Shown here one piece after another: positions 35,175 to 46,334 of a stretch of DNA of 64,000 nt. The stretch's first letter is position 1; each line of letters starts with the position of its first letter. Origin of the DNA: Escherichia coli (lineage in GTDB: Bacteria > Pseudomonadota > Gammaproteobacteria > Enterobacterales > Enterobacteriaceae); assembly GCF_003334785.1 (NCBI RefSeq), contig NZ_QOWV01000013.1, one strand, 5' to 3'. The position numbers were made by a program, and so were the translations under genes. The notes beneath the pieces were generated by a model. That model was not told where the DNA came from. It saw nothing but the letters and a program-made list of their open reading frames with translations, and searched no databases.

Positions 35175-37211
35175 ATGGATACGCCACGTCCACAGTTATT
35201 AGATTTTCAATTTCATCAGAATAACGACAGTTTTACCCTACATTTTCAACAACGTCTTATTTTAACCCATAGCAAAGATAATCCTTGTTTATGGATTGGC
35301 TCAGGTATAGCGGATATCGATATGTTCCGCGGTAATTTCAGCATTAAAGATAAACTACAGGAGAAAATTGCGCTTACCGACGCCATCGTCAGCCAGTCAC
35401 CGGATGGTTGGTTAATTCATTTCAGCCGTGGTTCTGACATTAGCGCCACGCTGAATATCTCTGCCGACGATCAGGGGCGTTTATTGCTGGAACTACAAAA
35501 CGACAACCTTAACCACAACCGTATCTGGCTGCGCCTTGCCGCTCAACCAGAGGACCATATCTACGGCTGCGGCGAACAGTTTTCCTACTTCGATCTGCGT
35601 GGCAAACCGTTCCCGCTATGGACCAGTGAACAAGGCGTTGGTCGCAACAAACAAACCTATGTCACCTGGCAGGCCGACTGCAAAGAAAATGCGGGCGGCG
35701 ACTATTACTGGACTTTCTTCCCACAGCCTACGTTTGTCAGCACGCAGAAGTATTACTGCCATGTTGATAACAGTTGCTATATGAACTTCGACTTTAGTGC
35801 CCCGGAATACCATGAACTGGCGCTGTGGGAAGACAAAGCAACGCTGCGTTTTGAATGTGCTGACACATACATTTCCCTGCTGGAAAAATTAACCGCCCTG
35901 CTGGGACGCCAGCCAGAACTGCCCGACTGGATTTATGACGGAGTAACGCTCGGCATTCAGGGCGGGACGGAAGTGTGCCAGAAGAAACTGGACACCATGC
36001 GTAACGCGGGCGTGAAGGTCAACGGCATCTGGGCGCAGGACTGGTCCGGTATTCGTATGACCTCTTTTGGCAAACGCGTGATGTGGAACTGGAAGTGGAA
36101 CAGCGAAAACTACCCGCAACTGGATTCACGCATTAAGCAGTGGAATCAGGAGGGCGTGCAGTTCCTGGCCTATATCAACCCGTATGTTGCCAGCGATAAA
36201 GATCTCTGCGAAGAAGCGGCACAACACGGCTATCTGGCAAAAGATGCCTCTGGCGGTGACTATCTGGTGGAGTTTGGCGAGTTTTACGGCGGCGTTGTCG
36301 ATCTCACTAATCCAGAAGCCTACGCCTGGTTCAAGGAAGTGATCAAAAAGAACATGATTGAACTCGGCTGCGGCGGCTGGATGGCTGACTTCGGCGAGTA
36401 TCTGCCCACCGACACGTACCTGCATAACGGCGTCAGTGCCGAAATTATGCATAACGCCTGGCCTGCGCTGTGGGCGAAGTGTAACTACGAAGCCCTTGAA
36501 GAAACGGGCAAGCTCGGCGAGATCCTTTTCTTTATGCGCGCCGGTTCTACCGGTAGCCAGAAATACTCCACCATGATGTGGGCGGGCGACCAGAACGTCG
36601 ACTGGAGTCTCGACGATGGCCTGGCGTCGGTTGTCCCGGCGGCGCTGTCGCTGGCAATGACCGGACATGGCCTGCACCACAGCGACATTGGCGGTTACAC
36701 CACCCTGTTTGAGATGAAGCGCAGCAAAGAGCTGCTGCTGCGCTGGTGCGATTTCAGCGCCTTCACGCCGATGATGCGCACCCACGAAGGTAACCGTCCT
36801 GGCGACAACTGGCAGTTTGACGGCGACGCAGAAACCATCGCCCATTTCGCCCGTATGACCACCGTCTTCACCACCCTGAAACCTTACCTGAAAGAGGCCG
36901 TCGCGCTGAATGCGAAGTCCGGCCTGCCGGTTATGCGCCCGCTGTTCCTGCATTACGAAGACGATGCGCACACTTACACCCTGAAATATCAGTACCTGTT
37001 AGGTCGCGACATTCTGGTCGCTCCGGTGCATGAAGAAGGCCGTAGCGACTGGACGCTCTATCTGCCGGAGGATAACTGGGTCCACGCCTGGACGGGTGAA
37101 GCGTTCCGGGGCGGGGAAGTTACCGTTAATGCGCCCATCGGCAAGCCGCCGGTCTTTTATCGCGCCGATAGCGAATGGGCGGCACTGTTCGCGTCGTTAA
37201 AAAGCATCTAA
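35175..37211 (+). CDS. yihQ: GH31-family sulfoquinovosidase
   Basis: 678-aa ORF with GH31-like catalytic region (WAQDWSG, GGWMADFGEY). Confidence 0.9.
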   Translation: MDTPRPQLLDFQFHQNNDSFTLHFQQRLILTHSKDNPCLWIGSGIADIDMFRGNFSIKDKLQEKIALTDAIVSQSPDGWLIHFSRGSDISATLNISADDQGRLLLELQNDNLNHNRIWLRLAAQPEDHIYGCGEQFSYFDLRGKPFPLWTSEQGVGRNKQTYVTWQADCKENAGGDYYWTFFPQPTFVSTQKYYCHVDNSCYMNFDFSAPEYHELALWEDKATLRFECADTYISLLEKLTALLGRQPELPDWIYDGVTLGIQGGTEVCQKKLDTMRNAGVKVNGIWAQDWSGIRMTSFGKRVMWNWKWNSENYPQLDSRIKQWNQEGVQFLAYINPYVASDKDLCEEAAQHGYLAKDASGGDYLVEFGEFYGGVVDLTNPEAYAWFKEVIKKNMIELGCGGWMADFGEYLPTDTYLHNGVSAEIMHNAWPALWAKCNYEALEETGKLGEILFFMRAGSTGSQKYSTMMWAGDQNVDWSLDDGLASVVPAALSLAMTGHGLHHSDIGGYTTLFEMKRSKELLLRWCDFSAFTPMMRTHEGNRPGDNWQFDGDAETIAHFARMTTVFTTLKPYLKEAVALNAKSGLPVMRPLFLHYEDDAHTYTLKYQYLLGRDILVAPVHEEGRSDWTLYLPEDNWVHAWTGEAFRGGEVTVNAPIGKPPVFYRADSEWAALFASLKSI

Positions 37212-37256
37212 TCACATCCGCCCGTGGGGAAACTCATGGGCAAAGGGAGAACATCG

Positions 37257-38642
37257 ATGAGTCACATCACAACGGAAGATCCAGCAACTTTACGCCTGCC
37301 CTTTAAAGAGAAACTCTCTTACGGTATTGGCGACCTGGCCTCTAACATCCTGCTGGATATCGGTACGCTTTATCTTTTGAAGTTTTATACCGACGTTCTG
37401 GGGCTGCCAGGCACCTATGGCGGCATTATCTTTTTGATTTCAAAATTCTTTACTGCGTTTACCGATATGGGTACCGGCATTATGTTGGATTCCCGACGCA
37501 AGATCGGTCCAAAAGGTAAGTTCCGTCCTTTTATTCTGTATGCGTCATTCCCGGTCACCTTACTGGCGATCGCCAACTTTGTCGGCACACCGTTTGATGT
37601 CACCGGTAAAACGGTGATGGCCACTATTCTGTTTATGCTTTACGGACTGTTTTTCAGCATGATGAACTGCTCCTACGGCGCAATGGTTCCCGCTATCACC
37701 AAAAACCCCAACGAACGCGCCTCACTGGCGGCATGGCGTCAGGGCGGCGCTACGCTGGGCCTGCTGCTGTGCACGGTGGGATTCGTGCCAGTTATGAATC
37801 TTATCGAAGGTAATCAGCAACTTGGCTATATCTTCGCCGCCACGCTGTTTTCACTGTTTGGCCTGCTGTTTATGTGGATCTGCTACTCGGGCGTGAAAGA
37901 GCGTTATGTCGAAACCCAGCCTGCTAATCCGGCGCAAAAGCCGGGCCTGCTGCAATCTTTCCGCGCAATTGCGGGTAACCGCCCGCTGTTCATTCTGTGC
38001 ATTGCCAACCTCTGCACTTTAGGGGCGTTTAACGTCAAGCTCGCCATCCAGGTCTATTACACCCAGTACGTGCTTAACGATCCCATCCTGTTGTCGTATA
38101 TGGGATTTTTCAGCATGGGCTGTATTTTCATCGGCGTATTCCTGATGCCTGCCTCAGTCAGACGTTTTGGCAAGAAGAAAGTTTATATCGGCGGCCTGCT
38201 GATTTGGGTGCTGGGCGATCTGCTCAACTATTTCTTCGGCGGCGGTTCGGTCAGCTTCGTGGCGTTCTCCTGCCTGGCGTTCTTTGGCTCAGCGTTTGTT
38301 AACAGCCTGAACTGGGCGCTGGTTTCCGACACCGTCGAGTACGGCGAGTGGCGCACCGGCGTGCGTTCGGAAGGAACGGTCTACACCGGTTTTACCTTCT
38401 TTCGCAAAGTGTCTCAGGCGCTGGCTGGTTTCTTCCCCGGCTGGATGCTGACGCAAATTGGCTATGTGCCGAACGTCGCACAGGCTGACCACACCATTGA
38501 AGGGTTACGCCAGTTGATCTTCATCTACCCAAGCGCACTGGCGGTAGTCACCATTGTGGCGATGGGTTGCTTCTACAGCCTGAACGAGAAGATGTATGTC
38601 CGCATTGTGGAAGAGATAGAAGCCCGTAAACGCACGGCGTAA
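37257..38642 (+). CDS. yihP: GPH-family cation symporter
   Basis: Track ORF 37224..38642; start at MSHITTEDPATLRL; paralogous to yihO. Confidence 0.85.
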   Translation: MSHITTEDPATLRLPFKEKLSYGIGDLASNILLDIGTLYLLKFYTDVLGLPGTYGGIIFLISKFFTAFTDMGTGIMLDSRRKIGPKGKFRPFILYASFPVTLLAIANFVGTPFDVTGKTVMATILFMLYGLFFSMMNCSYGAMVPAITKNPNERASLAAWRQGGATLGLLLCTVGFVPVMNLIEGNQQLGYIFAATLFSLFGLLFMWICYSGVKERYVETQPANPAQKPGLLQSFRAIAGNRPLFILCIANLCTLGAFNVKLAIQVYYTQYVLNDPILLSYMGFFSMGCIFIGVFLMPASVRRFGKKKVYIGGLLIWVLGDLLNYFFGGGSVSFVAFSCLAFFGSAFVNSLNWALVSDTVEYGEWRTGVRSEGTVYTGFTFFRKVSQALAGFFPGWMLTQIGYVPNVAQADHTIEGLRQLIFIYPSALAVVTIVAMGCFYSLNEKMYVRIVEEIEARKRTA

Positions 38643-38684
38643 TAATAATAAACGACGCCCTGCGGGGCGTTATAAGGAGTGATT

Positions 38685-40088
38685 ATGTCTGACCATAATC
38701 CACTGACATTAAAACTGAATCTGCGGGAAAAAATCGCCTATGGTATGGGCGACGTCGGTTCGAATTTAATGCTCTGCATCGGTACTCTGTATCTCCTCAA
38801 ATTTTATACCGATGAATTAGGGATGCCTGCTTACTATGGCGGGATTATCTTTCTGGTGGCGAAGTTTTTTACCGCGTTTACCGATATGCTCACCGGATTT
38901 TTACTCGACTCGCGGAAAAATATTGGGCCTAAAGGCAAATTTCGTCCCTTTATTTTATATGCAGCGGTTCCGGCGGCGTTAATTGCAACGCTCCAGTTTA
39001 TCGCCACCACCTTTTGTTTGCCGGTTAAAACGACGATTGCCACCGCGCTGTTTATGATGTTTGGACTTTCATACAGTCTGATGAACTGCTCGTATGGTGC
39101 GATGATCCCGGCAATTACCAAAAACCCGAATGAGCGCGCGCAGCTCGCGGCTTACCGCCAGGGTGGTGCAACCATAGGGCTATTGATTTGTACCGTGGCG
39201 TTTATTCCGTTGCAGTCGCTTTTTTCTGACTCAACCGTCGGTTATGCCTGTGCGGCACTTATGTTCTCCATTGGCGGCTTTATTTTTATGATGCTGTGCT
39301 ACAGAGGCGTCAAAGAGCATTATGTGGACACAACGCCAACCGGACATAAAGCCAGTATTCTCAAATCATTTTGCGCGATATTTCGGAATCCGCCATTGCT
39401 GGTTTTATGCATTGCTAACTTGTGTACCCTGGCGGCATTTAATATCAAACTGGCGATTCAGGTCTATTACACCCAGTATGTGCTGAATGATATTAATTTA
39501 TTGTCGTGGATGGGATTCTTCAGTATGGGATGCATCCTCATCGGCGTATTACTGGTGCCATTAACTGTAAAATGTTTTGGTAAAAAACAGGTTTATCTGG
39601 CTGGCATGGTGCTGTGGGCGGTGGGTGATATACTGAATTATTTCTGGGGAAGTAACTCTTTCACTTTCGTCATGTTCTCTTGTGTCGCCTTTTTTGGCAC
39701 GGCCTTTGTAAACAGCCTGAACTGGGCACTGGTACCAGATACCGTAGATTACGGTGAATGGAAAACCGGTATTCGTGCCGAAGGTTCTGTTTATACCGGT
39801 TATACCTTCTTTCGTAAAATTTCTGCCGCACTTGCTGGCTTCTTGCCAGGCATTATGCTGACGCAAATTGGTTATGTTCCCAACATCGCGCAAAGCGATG
39901 CGACATTACAGGGTTTGCGTCAGCTCATTTTTATCTGGCCTTGTGCACTGGCAATTATTGCTGCATTGACGATGGGATTCTTTTACACACTCAATGAAAA
40001 ACGGTTTGCATTGATTATTGAGGAAATCAACCAACGCAAAAATAAAGAGATGGCGACAGAAGAAAAAACGGCTTCCGTAACGTTATAA
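38685..40088 (+). CDS. yihO: GPH-family cation symporter (putative sulfoquinovose importer)
   Basis: Track ORF 38679..40088; start at MSDHNPLTLKL; clear paralogue of yihP. Confidence 0.85.
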   Translation: MSDHNPLTLKLNLREKIAYGMGDVGSNLMLCIGTLYLLKFYTDELGMPAYYGGIIFLVAKFFTAFTDMLTGFLLDSRKNIGPKGKFRPFILYAAVPAALIATLQFIATTFCLPVKTTIATALFMMFGLSYSLMNCSYGAMIPAITKNPNERAQLAAYRQGGATIGLLICTVAFIPLQSLFSDSTVGYACAALMFSIGGFIFMMLCYRGVKEHYVDTTPTGHKASILKSFCAIFRNPPLLVLCIANLCTLAAFNIKLAIQVYYTQYVLNDINLLSWMGFFSMGCILIGVLLVPLTVKCFGKKQVYLAGMVLWAVGDILNYFWGSNSFTFVMFSCVAFFGTAFVNSLNWALVPDTVDYGEWKTGIRAEGSVYTGYTFFRKISAALAGFLPGIMLTQIGYVPNIAQSDATLQGLRQLIFIWPCALAIIAALTMGFFYTLNEKRFALIIEEINQRKNKEMATEEKTASVTL

Positions 40089-40155
40089 ATGTCAATAGCC
40101 GCTATTTCCATCCTGGTGGGTGGCGGCCTCCCTACGTTTAAAAAATGGACTTATT

Positions 40156-40848
40156 ATGAAAAAGATTAATGCAATAATTTTATTATCTTCTCTGACCTCT
40201 GCCTCGGTATTTGCTGGCGCATACGTCGAAAACAGGGAGGCATATAATCTTGCCTCCGATCAGGGCGAGGTTATGCTACGTGTGGGTTATAACTTCGATA
40301 TGGGCGCGGGTATTATGTTAACCAATACCTACAACTTTCAGCGAGAAGATGAACTAAAACATGGATATAACGAAATTGAAGGCTGGTATCCGTTATTTAA
40401 ACCAACCGATAAATTAACCATCCAGCCCGGTGGCTTAATTAATGATAAGAGTATCGGTTCGGGTGGTGCAGTGTATCTGGACGTCAACTATAAATTTGTA
40501 CCATGGTTTAATCTGACAGTACGAAATCGCTATAACCATAATAACTATAGTTCAACAGATTTGAGCGGGGAACTGGATAATAATGACACCTATGAAATTG
40601 GCACCTACTGGAATTTTAAAATCACCGATAAATTTTCCTATACATTTGAGCCACATTACTTCATGCGAGTGAATGACTTTAATAGTAGCAACGGGAAAGA
40701 TCATCATTGGGAAATCACTAACACCTTCCGTTACCGTATTAATGAACACTGGCTCCCTTATTTCGAATTGCGCTGGTTAGACCGCAACGTCGAACCGTAC
40801 CACCGCGAGCAAAACCAGATCCGTATCGGGACGAAGTATTTCTTCTGA
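40156..40848 (+). CDS. ompL: Outer membrane porin L
   Basis: Track ORF 40120..40848; start at MKKINAIILLSSLTSASVFAGAY (signal peptide); C-terminal Phe typical of beta-barrel OMPs. Confidence 0.85.
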   Translation: MKKINAIILLSSLTSASVFAGAYVENREAYNLASDQGEVMLRVGYNFDMGAGIMLTNTYNFQREDELKHGYNEIEGWYPLFKPTDKLTIQPGGLINDKSIGSGGAVYLDVNYKFVPWFNLTVRNRYNHNNYSSTDLSGELDNNDTYEIGTYWNFKITDKFSYTFEPHYFMRVNDFNSSNGKDHHWEITNTFRYRINEHWLPYFELRWLDRNVEPYHREQNQIRIGTKYFF

Positions 40849-40857
40849 TGTGAAACT

Positions 40858-40933
<76 letters not shown>

Positions 40934-40938
40934 ATTAA

Positions 40939-42204
40939 TTAAGCTTCAGCCGCCAGCATCTCTTTCTTACGTTGGCTAATACGCTTAACCAGCATTACGG
41001 AAACCACCGCACCACTGAATGCGAAGCAGGCCATAATGCCAAACACGATTTTGTAGCCAATAATCCCCGGATTTAAATCCAGAATGTAGCCATACAGACT
41101 GAAGCAGAACATCGCCGGAGCGTAACCAATAAAGCTACCCAACGCCATCGCCGCACCTGTTTTATTTTCAGCAATTTTTGCTTCGCCGATAGGTGCAAAA
41201 AATACGGCTCGCTGTGTAAAGACTATCGCGCCAAAGCCCAGCGTACATGCCATCCCTAAATAGACCGGCATACTTTCGTGCGGCAGCATAATCAACAGTA
41301 CGAGCGCAGCGGTACTAATGATAAAGGTGTAGCATAGATATTTACTTGGCGATTTCAGGATCTTATCTGAAATCATGCCACCAATCGGTCCACCAATCAT
41401 TTTCAGACAGTATTGGTTAATGATGCCGTAAGCCCCCACCAGCGCAACGGGCAATAGATAGATGTTTTTCAGGAATGGAATGAAGAATGTCAGGCCACAG
41501 TAAACCGCGTAAACGAAGAAGACGTTAAAAGCGATAAGCCAGATAGTTTTGTCTTTCAGCACCGAGGTCATACTGGTGTTTTTCGATGCTCCGTCTTCTT
41601 TTTTCACCTCAACGGACGGTGCCTCTTCTTTGTCATTCAGGACAAAGAAAATAATAATGCCTACGGCAATCACAATAAGGGAATAGAACCAGATGCCTGC
41701 TTTAAAACCTAATAAGCCACTGCCAAACCAGGTAAATACTGCCAACGCAGAAAATGCCACCACGGTATCGACAATGCCACGCCCTGTTTCGAAGAAGCCA
41801 AACAACAGACCTTGTTGTTCGCTATTGCCCAATCGACTTACCGACTTGAGCAAGACCGGCCAGTTCATCATGTCGCAAGTAACGCCAAATAGCGCCCAGA
41901 CAAAGAGGATGCCCCAATACCCCGGCATTGTCGTCAAATAAACACCCAGTAATCCTGTCGCAATGAGTGAGAATGACATGGTGTATCTGCGCGGTAGTTT
42001 ATCGGCAAAATAAATAGACAGAAAAAAGCCCACTGTGGTGACAAATGAGTTTACCGACATAGCATTACCAATTTGACCATTGGTCAAATGGAAATATTCC
42101 TGCATCGGGATATAAAACGCATCTTTCAGCGACGGTAATTTATAAATTGTACCGCCACACAGTGTTAATAGACTAAATAACGCCCATTTCTTTTTCGTGA
42201 GCAT
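40939..42204 (-). CDS. yihN: MFS transporter YihN
   Basis: 421-aa polytopic membrane protein. Confidence 0.85.
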   Translation of the reverse strand: MLTKKKWALFSLLTLCGGTIYKLPSLKDAFYIPMQEYFHLTNGQIGNAMSVNSFVTTVGFFLSIYFADKLPRRYTMSFSLIATGLLGVYLTTMPGYWGILFVWALFGVTCDMMNWPVLLKSVSRLGNSEQQGLLFGFFETGRGIVDTVVAFSALAVFTWFGSGLLGFKAGIWFYSLIVIAVGIIIFFVLNDKEEAPSVEVKKEDGASKNTSMTSVLKDKTIWLIAFNVFFVYAVYCGLTFFIPFLKNIYLLPVALVGAYGIINQYCLKMIGGPIGGMISDKILKSPSKYLCYTFIISTAALVLLIMLPHESMPVYLGMACTLGFGAIVFTQRAVFFAPIGEAKIAENKTGAAMALGSFIGYAPAMFCFSLYGYILDLNPGIIGYKIVFGIMACFAFSGAVVSVMLVKRISQRKKEMLAAEA

Positions 42205-42305
42205 AACATCCCCTAAGCGATTTTTAAAATCACTGTTTTAAAGGCAATAAGATACCGACCATTCATATGGAATGGTTTTATTAACTGCGTATGAGTTAAA
42301 ACTTA

Positions 42306-43286
42306 TTAGTGGTTCAGAAGATGGTTTGCCTCTTGTTTGATTTGTTGTAGTACGTTACGCACATGATTTATCTGATTAATTGCATCTTCTTTTTCTTTAC
42401 GTAACCGCGCATCCAGTAAATGATTTTCTGGCAATGGTGTTTCACTCATCTGGCGATAAGGGATCCACGGATTATCATCTTCGTCTTCAAAGCGGAACGC
42501 CGGCGCATAGTAATCAACCTCTTCTTCCAGGCCATATGCCGTCACCTGCGGCTCATCATCACCCAGGCAGATAAGGTGCGTTAATAACGCTTTGAACGGC
42601 ATATCACCCTGACCTGAAATACAGGCTTTATGACCCAGGCCACCCGGTTCTTTAACGATCAAGGCATCTTTGATATGGACCTGGGTAATATGCGGTGCCA
42701 TCGTTTTTAAAGCGTCGATGGGATGCTCATTTGCATTGATCATGTTCGCAAAATCTAACAGTAAGGAAAGAGATTCCATCTCACTTTCTTTGACCAGCGA
42801 CACCAGCTCATGACTTTTTAAATCTTCATGCTGCTCGATCGTAAAAGTCAGGCCGCTGTCCTGATACGTTTCCCGTACATAGGCAATGTCGTTAGCGATA
42901 ATCGATAATACGTCGCGCAAATTACCTTCATAACGTGGATAAAAACGTACGGACGATGCCCCAGTTTTCAACGCGATGGCGACGGCTTCGTCAATAGATG
43001 CCTTATCTGAGGCGCTGGTTTCAATATGAATATCAAGGTTCAGACGGCGGGCTTTATCCCCAAAGGCAGAGAGTTCTTTATCGTCCATATTACCAAGAGA
43101 AAAACGCTCGCCATCGAGAACATGGATTTTGACGCCACGTAGATTATTTTCACTTGCGATATCAAGTAAATCAGCAGGCAACACTCTTTCCAGCCGCATA
43201 TTTAAATGAAAGGCATAAGCATGTAAATAAAGAGGAAGAGTGTCGACACGTTGTAGAATCTTTCTTGCGTTATTTATTGTCACCAT
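42306..43286 (-). CDS. yihM: Sugar-phosphate isomerase/epimerase (xylose-isomerase-like TIM barrel) YihM
   Basis: 326-aa ORF. Confidence 0.82.
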   Translation of the reverse strand: MVTINNARKILQRVDTLPLYLHAYAFHLNMRLERVLPADLLDIASENNLRGVKIHVLDGERFSLGNMDDKELSAFGDKARRLNLDIHIETSASDKASIDEAVAIALKTGASSVRFYPRYEGNLRDVLSIIANDIAYVRETYQDSGLTFTIEQHEDLKSHELVSLVKESEMESLSLLLDFANMINANEHPIDALKTMAPHITQVHIKDALIVKEPGGLGHKACISGQGDMPFKALLTHLICLGDDEPQVTAYGLEEEVDYYAPAFRFEDEDDNPWIPYRQMSETPLPENHLLDARLRKEKEDAINQINHVRNVLQQIKQEANHLLNH

Positions 43287-43293
43287 AAAACAC

Positions 43294-44004
43294 CTACAGA
43301 TTAATGATGAGGTCTACGGCCTCAAATCGCCAATATTCAATATCTATTTGGACAATATTGCCTTGCTGGTCGGCGCGATGCTTTTCAATTAAGATCGCTG
43401 GCATACCCGCAGAACCGCCAAGATACTTGCTGATATCGCCCGGCATTCTGACGGGTTTGAAAATCAATTTTTTTACTACCGTCTCTTTTTGGTAGCACTT
43501 TTCCCAGACTGCAGAAAATGAGTGGTTTTCAAGTTGTTCAATAAAGCCCGGAGCAACTTCAGGATTAATATATGTTTCGTGATAGAAAACTTTATGTCCT
43601 TCCAGCGCCCCCCAGCCGGTGATGCGATAGAGTTCAGTTGATGGCGTCACTGCAATCAGTGGCGCGAGCGTCTCGGGAATATCGCTGGTACGGTTTTTCT
43701 CGGTAAACCCCCAGGAAGGCTCTCGCCCTTGCTCAATTGCGGCCCGCTGAAAGCTCGCCGACAGCTCCGGACTGTAATTAAATCGCGGCTGGGTCACGAA
43801 CCACCCCTTACGATCCTTACGGAAGATTTTGGATTCTGCCTCGAGGTTCAACAACGCCTGGCGCAGCGTCATACGTTTAATGCCCAGCAGTTCTCCCAGC
43901 TCTCTTTCTGAAGGGAGTTTTCCACCCGGCGTGGTGATGCCATCTTTCAACCACCGATCCAGTTTCTCTTTTGCATTTTCTACGGTGGATTGATTCTCCG
44001 CCAT
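43294..44004 (-). CDS. yihL: GntR-family transcriptional regulator YihL
   Basis: 236-aa ORF; N-terminal winged HTH (ERELGELLGIKRMTLRQAL) and UTRA-like C-terminus. Confidence 0.85.
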   Translation of the reverse strand: MAENQSTVENAKEKLDRWLKDGITTPGGKLPSERELGELLGIKRMTLRQALLNLEAESKIFRKDRKGWFVTQPRFNYSPELSASFQRAAIEQGREPSWGFTEKNRTSDIPETLAPLIAVTPSTELYRITGWGALEGHKVFYHETYINPEVAPGFIEQLENHSFSAVWEKCYQKETVVKKLIFKPVRMPGDISKYLGGSAGMPAILIEKHRADQQGNIVQIDIEYWRFEAVDLIINL

Positions 44005-44169
44005 TGTTTAATCCTTTTGGTTTAAACCAGATGAAGCATCTTACGCTTACGCCAAAAAAGAAAGCAATTAACGGCGTATGACTTTGCAGATAATTGTGAC
44101 AAAGCTCTCTATTGACGTAACCACAGACTTATAAGGGAGATACTCGCATTGGTGTGCGCTCACGACAGG

Positions 44170-44204
44170 CAAAAAAAAACCTGCCATCGCTGGCAGGTTT
44201 TTTA
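44170..44204 (-). terminator. Intrinsic terminator of typA (bidirectional shape)
   Basis: A-run, cctgcca-tcgc-tggcagg hairpin, T-run, 17 nt after the typA stop. Confidence 0.75.
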
Positions 44205-44220
44205 TGACTAAAAAACGAAA

Positions 44221-46044
44221 TTAATCGTCTTTCGGTGCGCGGTTGGCGCGGCGACGATCGTTTTCCGTCAGGTGACGTTTACGAATACGGATAGAGGTCG
44301 GAGTCACTTCTACCAGTTCGTCATCATCGATGAACTCCAGAGCTTGTTCCAGAGTCATGCGGATAGGCGGAACCAGAACAACGGCTTCGTCAGTACCGGA
44401 AGCACGCATGTTGGTCAGTTTCTTACCGGTCAGGCAGTTTACAGTCAGGTCGTTAGAGCGGCTATGAATACCGATAATCTGACCTTCGTAAACTTCTGCA
44501 CCGTGACCGAGGAACAGCTTACCGCGATCCTGCAGACCGAACAGCGCGAACGCGACCGCTTTACCCTGACCGTTAGAGATCAGTACGCCGTTCTGACGCT
44601 GACCCACTTCACCCGGACGTACGTCGTCGTAGTGGCTGAAGGTGGAGTACAGCAGACCAGTACCGGAAGTCATGGTCATGAACTCAGAACGGAAGCCAAT
44701 CAGACCACGGCTTGGGATCACGTAGTCGAGACGTACGCGGCCTTTACCGTCTGGATTCATGTTTTTCAGGTCGCCTTTACGTTCGCCCAGCGCCTGCATT
44801 ACAGAACCCTGATGCTGTTCTTCAACGTCCAGAGTCACGTTTTCATACGGCTCTTGTTTACGACCGTCGATTTCACGGAAGATAACTTTCGGACGGGATA
44901 CCGCCAGTTCGAAACCTTCACGACGCATGTTTTCGATCAGAACAGACAGGTGCAGTTCGCCACGACCAGAAACGCGGAACGCATCGGCGTCTTCGGTTTC
45001 TTCTACGCGCAGCGCAACGTTGTGTACCAGTTCTTTGTTCAGACGATCCAGGATCTGACGAGACGTTACGAACTTACCTTCTTTACCGCAGAACGGCGAG
45101 GTGTTAACGCAGAAGAACATAGAAACGGTCGGCTCATCAACGGAGAGTGCCGGCAGCGCTTCAACGTTTTGCGTGTCGCAAACGGTGTCAGAAATGTTCA
45201 GTTCGCCAAGGCCCGTGATCGCAACGATATCGCCAGCTTCCGCCAGATCGGTTTCGATACGTTCCAGACCGAGGTGGCCCAGCACTTTACCGACTTTCGC
45301 GTTGCGGGTTTTGCCTTCGCTATCGATGATAGTGACCTGCTGGTTCGGCTTCACTTTACCGCGCTTGATGCGGCCAATGCCGATAACGCCAACATAGCTG
45401 TTGTAATCGAGCTGAGAAATCTGCATCTGGAACGGACCGTCAAGGTCAACGTCCGGCGCAGGAACGTGGTCAACAATCGCCTGGTACAGCGGGGTCATGT
45501 CTTCCGCCATATCTTCGTGGTCCAGACCCGCGATACCGTTCAGCGCAGAAGCGTAAACGATCGGGAAGTCCAGCTGCTCGTCGGTCGCGTCGAGGTTAAC
45601 GAACAGATCGAATACCTGATCCACAACCCAATCAGGACGCGCGCCAGGGCGGTCAACTTTGTTGATAACAACAATCGGCTTCAGGCCGTAAGCAAACGCT
45701 TTTTTGGTTACGAAGCGCGTTTGCGGCATCGGGCCGTCAAATGCGTCAACCACCAGCAGCACTGAGTCTACCATGGACATTACACGTTCAACTTCACCAC
45801 CGAAGTCGGCGTGCCCCGGGGTATCAACGATGTTGATACGGTAATCATTCCATTTGATAGCGGTGTTTTTCGCGAGGATGGTAATCCCACGCTCTTTCTC
45901 CAAATCGTTGGAGTCCATCACGCGCTCTTGGGTTTCGGCACGAGAGTCGAACGTACCGGATTGTTGGAGCAGCTTGTCTACCAGGGTGGTTTTACCATGG
46001 TCTACGTGCGCGATGATGGCGATATTACGCAATTTTTCGATCAC
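44221..46044 (-). CDS. typA: Ribosome-associated translational GTPase TypA/BipA
   Basis: 607-aa [29 protein letters not shown]; G-domain motifs ([21 protein letters not shown]). Confidence 0.95.
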   Translation of the reverse strand: MIEKLRNIAIIAHVDHGKTTLVDKLLQQSGTFDSRAETQERVMDSNDLEKERGITILAKNTAIKWNDYRINIVDTPGHADFGGEVERVMSMVDSVLLVVDAFDGPMPQTRFVTKKAFAYGLKPIVVINKVDRPGARPDWVVDQVFDLFVNLDATDEQLDFPIVYASALNGIAGLDHEDMAEDMTPLYQAIVDHVPAPDVDLDGPFQMQISQLDYNSYVGVIGIGRIKRGKVKPNQQVTIIDSEGKTRNAKVGKVLGHLGLERIETDLAEAGDIVAITGLGELNISDTVCDTQNVEALPALSVDEPTVSMFFCVNTSPFCGKEGKFVTSRQILDRLNKELVHNVALRVEETEDADAFRVSGRGELHLSVLIENMRREGFELAVSRPKVIFREIDGRKQEPYENVTLDVEEQHQGSVMQALGERKGDLKNMNPDGKGRVRLDYVIPSRGLIGFRSEFMTMTSGTGLLYSTFSHYDDVRPGEVGQRQNGVLISNGQGKAVAFALFGLQDRGKLFLGHGAEVYEGQIIGIHSRSNDLTVNCLTGKKLTNMRASGTDEAVVLVPPIRMTLEQALEFIDDDELVEVTPTSIRIRKRHLTENDRRRANRAPKDD

Positions 46045-46195
46045 AACTTTGCCTCAGGCATTAGAAATAGCGCGTTATTGTACACGGATTAATCGCACTA
46101 CAAAACAGGATCACAAACATCCTCCGCAAACAAGTATTGCAGAGTCCCTTTGTGATCGCTTTCACGGAGCATAAAAAGGGTTATCCAAAGGTCAT

Positions 46196-46287
46196 TGCAC
46201 CAACATGGTGCTTAATGTTTCCATTGAAGCACTATATTGGTGCAACATTCACATCGTGGTGCAGCCCTTTTGCACGATGGTGCGCAT
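46196..46287. promoter_or_regulatory. NtrC binding sites upstream of glnAp2
   Basis: Repeated TGCACCA-N-TGGTGC dyads: tgcaccaacatggtgct, gcactatattggtgcaa, tggtgcagcccttttgcacgatggtgcgca. Confidence 0.8.
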
Positions 46288-46316
46288 GATAACGCCTTTT
46301 AGGGGCAATTTAAAAG

Positions 46317-46334
46317 TTGGCACAGATTTCGCTT
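46317..46334 (+). promoter_or_regulatory. Sigma-54 promoter glnAp2
   Basis: TTGGCACagattTCGCT fits the -24/-12 consensus (TGGCAC-N5-TTGCW) about 85 nt upstream of the glnA ATG. Confidence 0.85.

Noticed and set aside
36126-36971. 281-aa antisense ORF inside yihQ
   Set aside because: Embedded opposite the GH31 glycosidase gene; no signals and low-complexity sequence.
44272-45765. 497-aa ORF on the plus strand, antisense to typA
   Set aside because: Entirely embedded opposite a highly conserved GTPase gene, with no Shine-Dalgarno and low-complexity translation; stop-codon-poor antisense frames are common opposite GC-biased genes.
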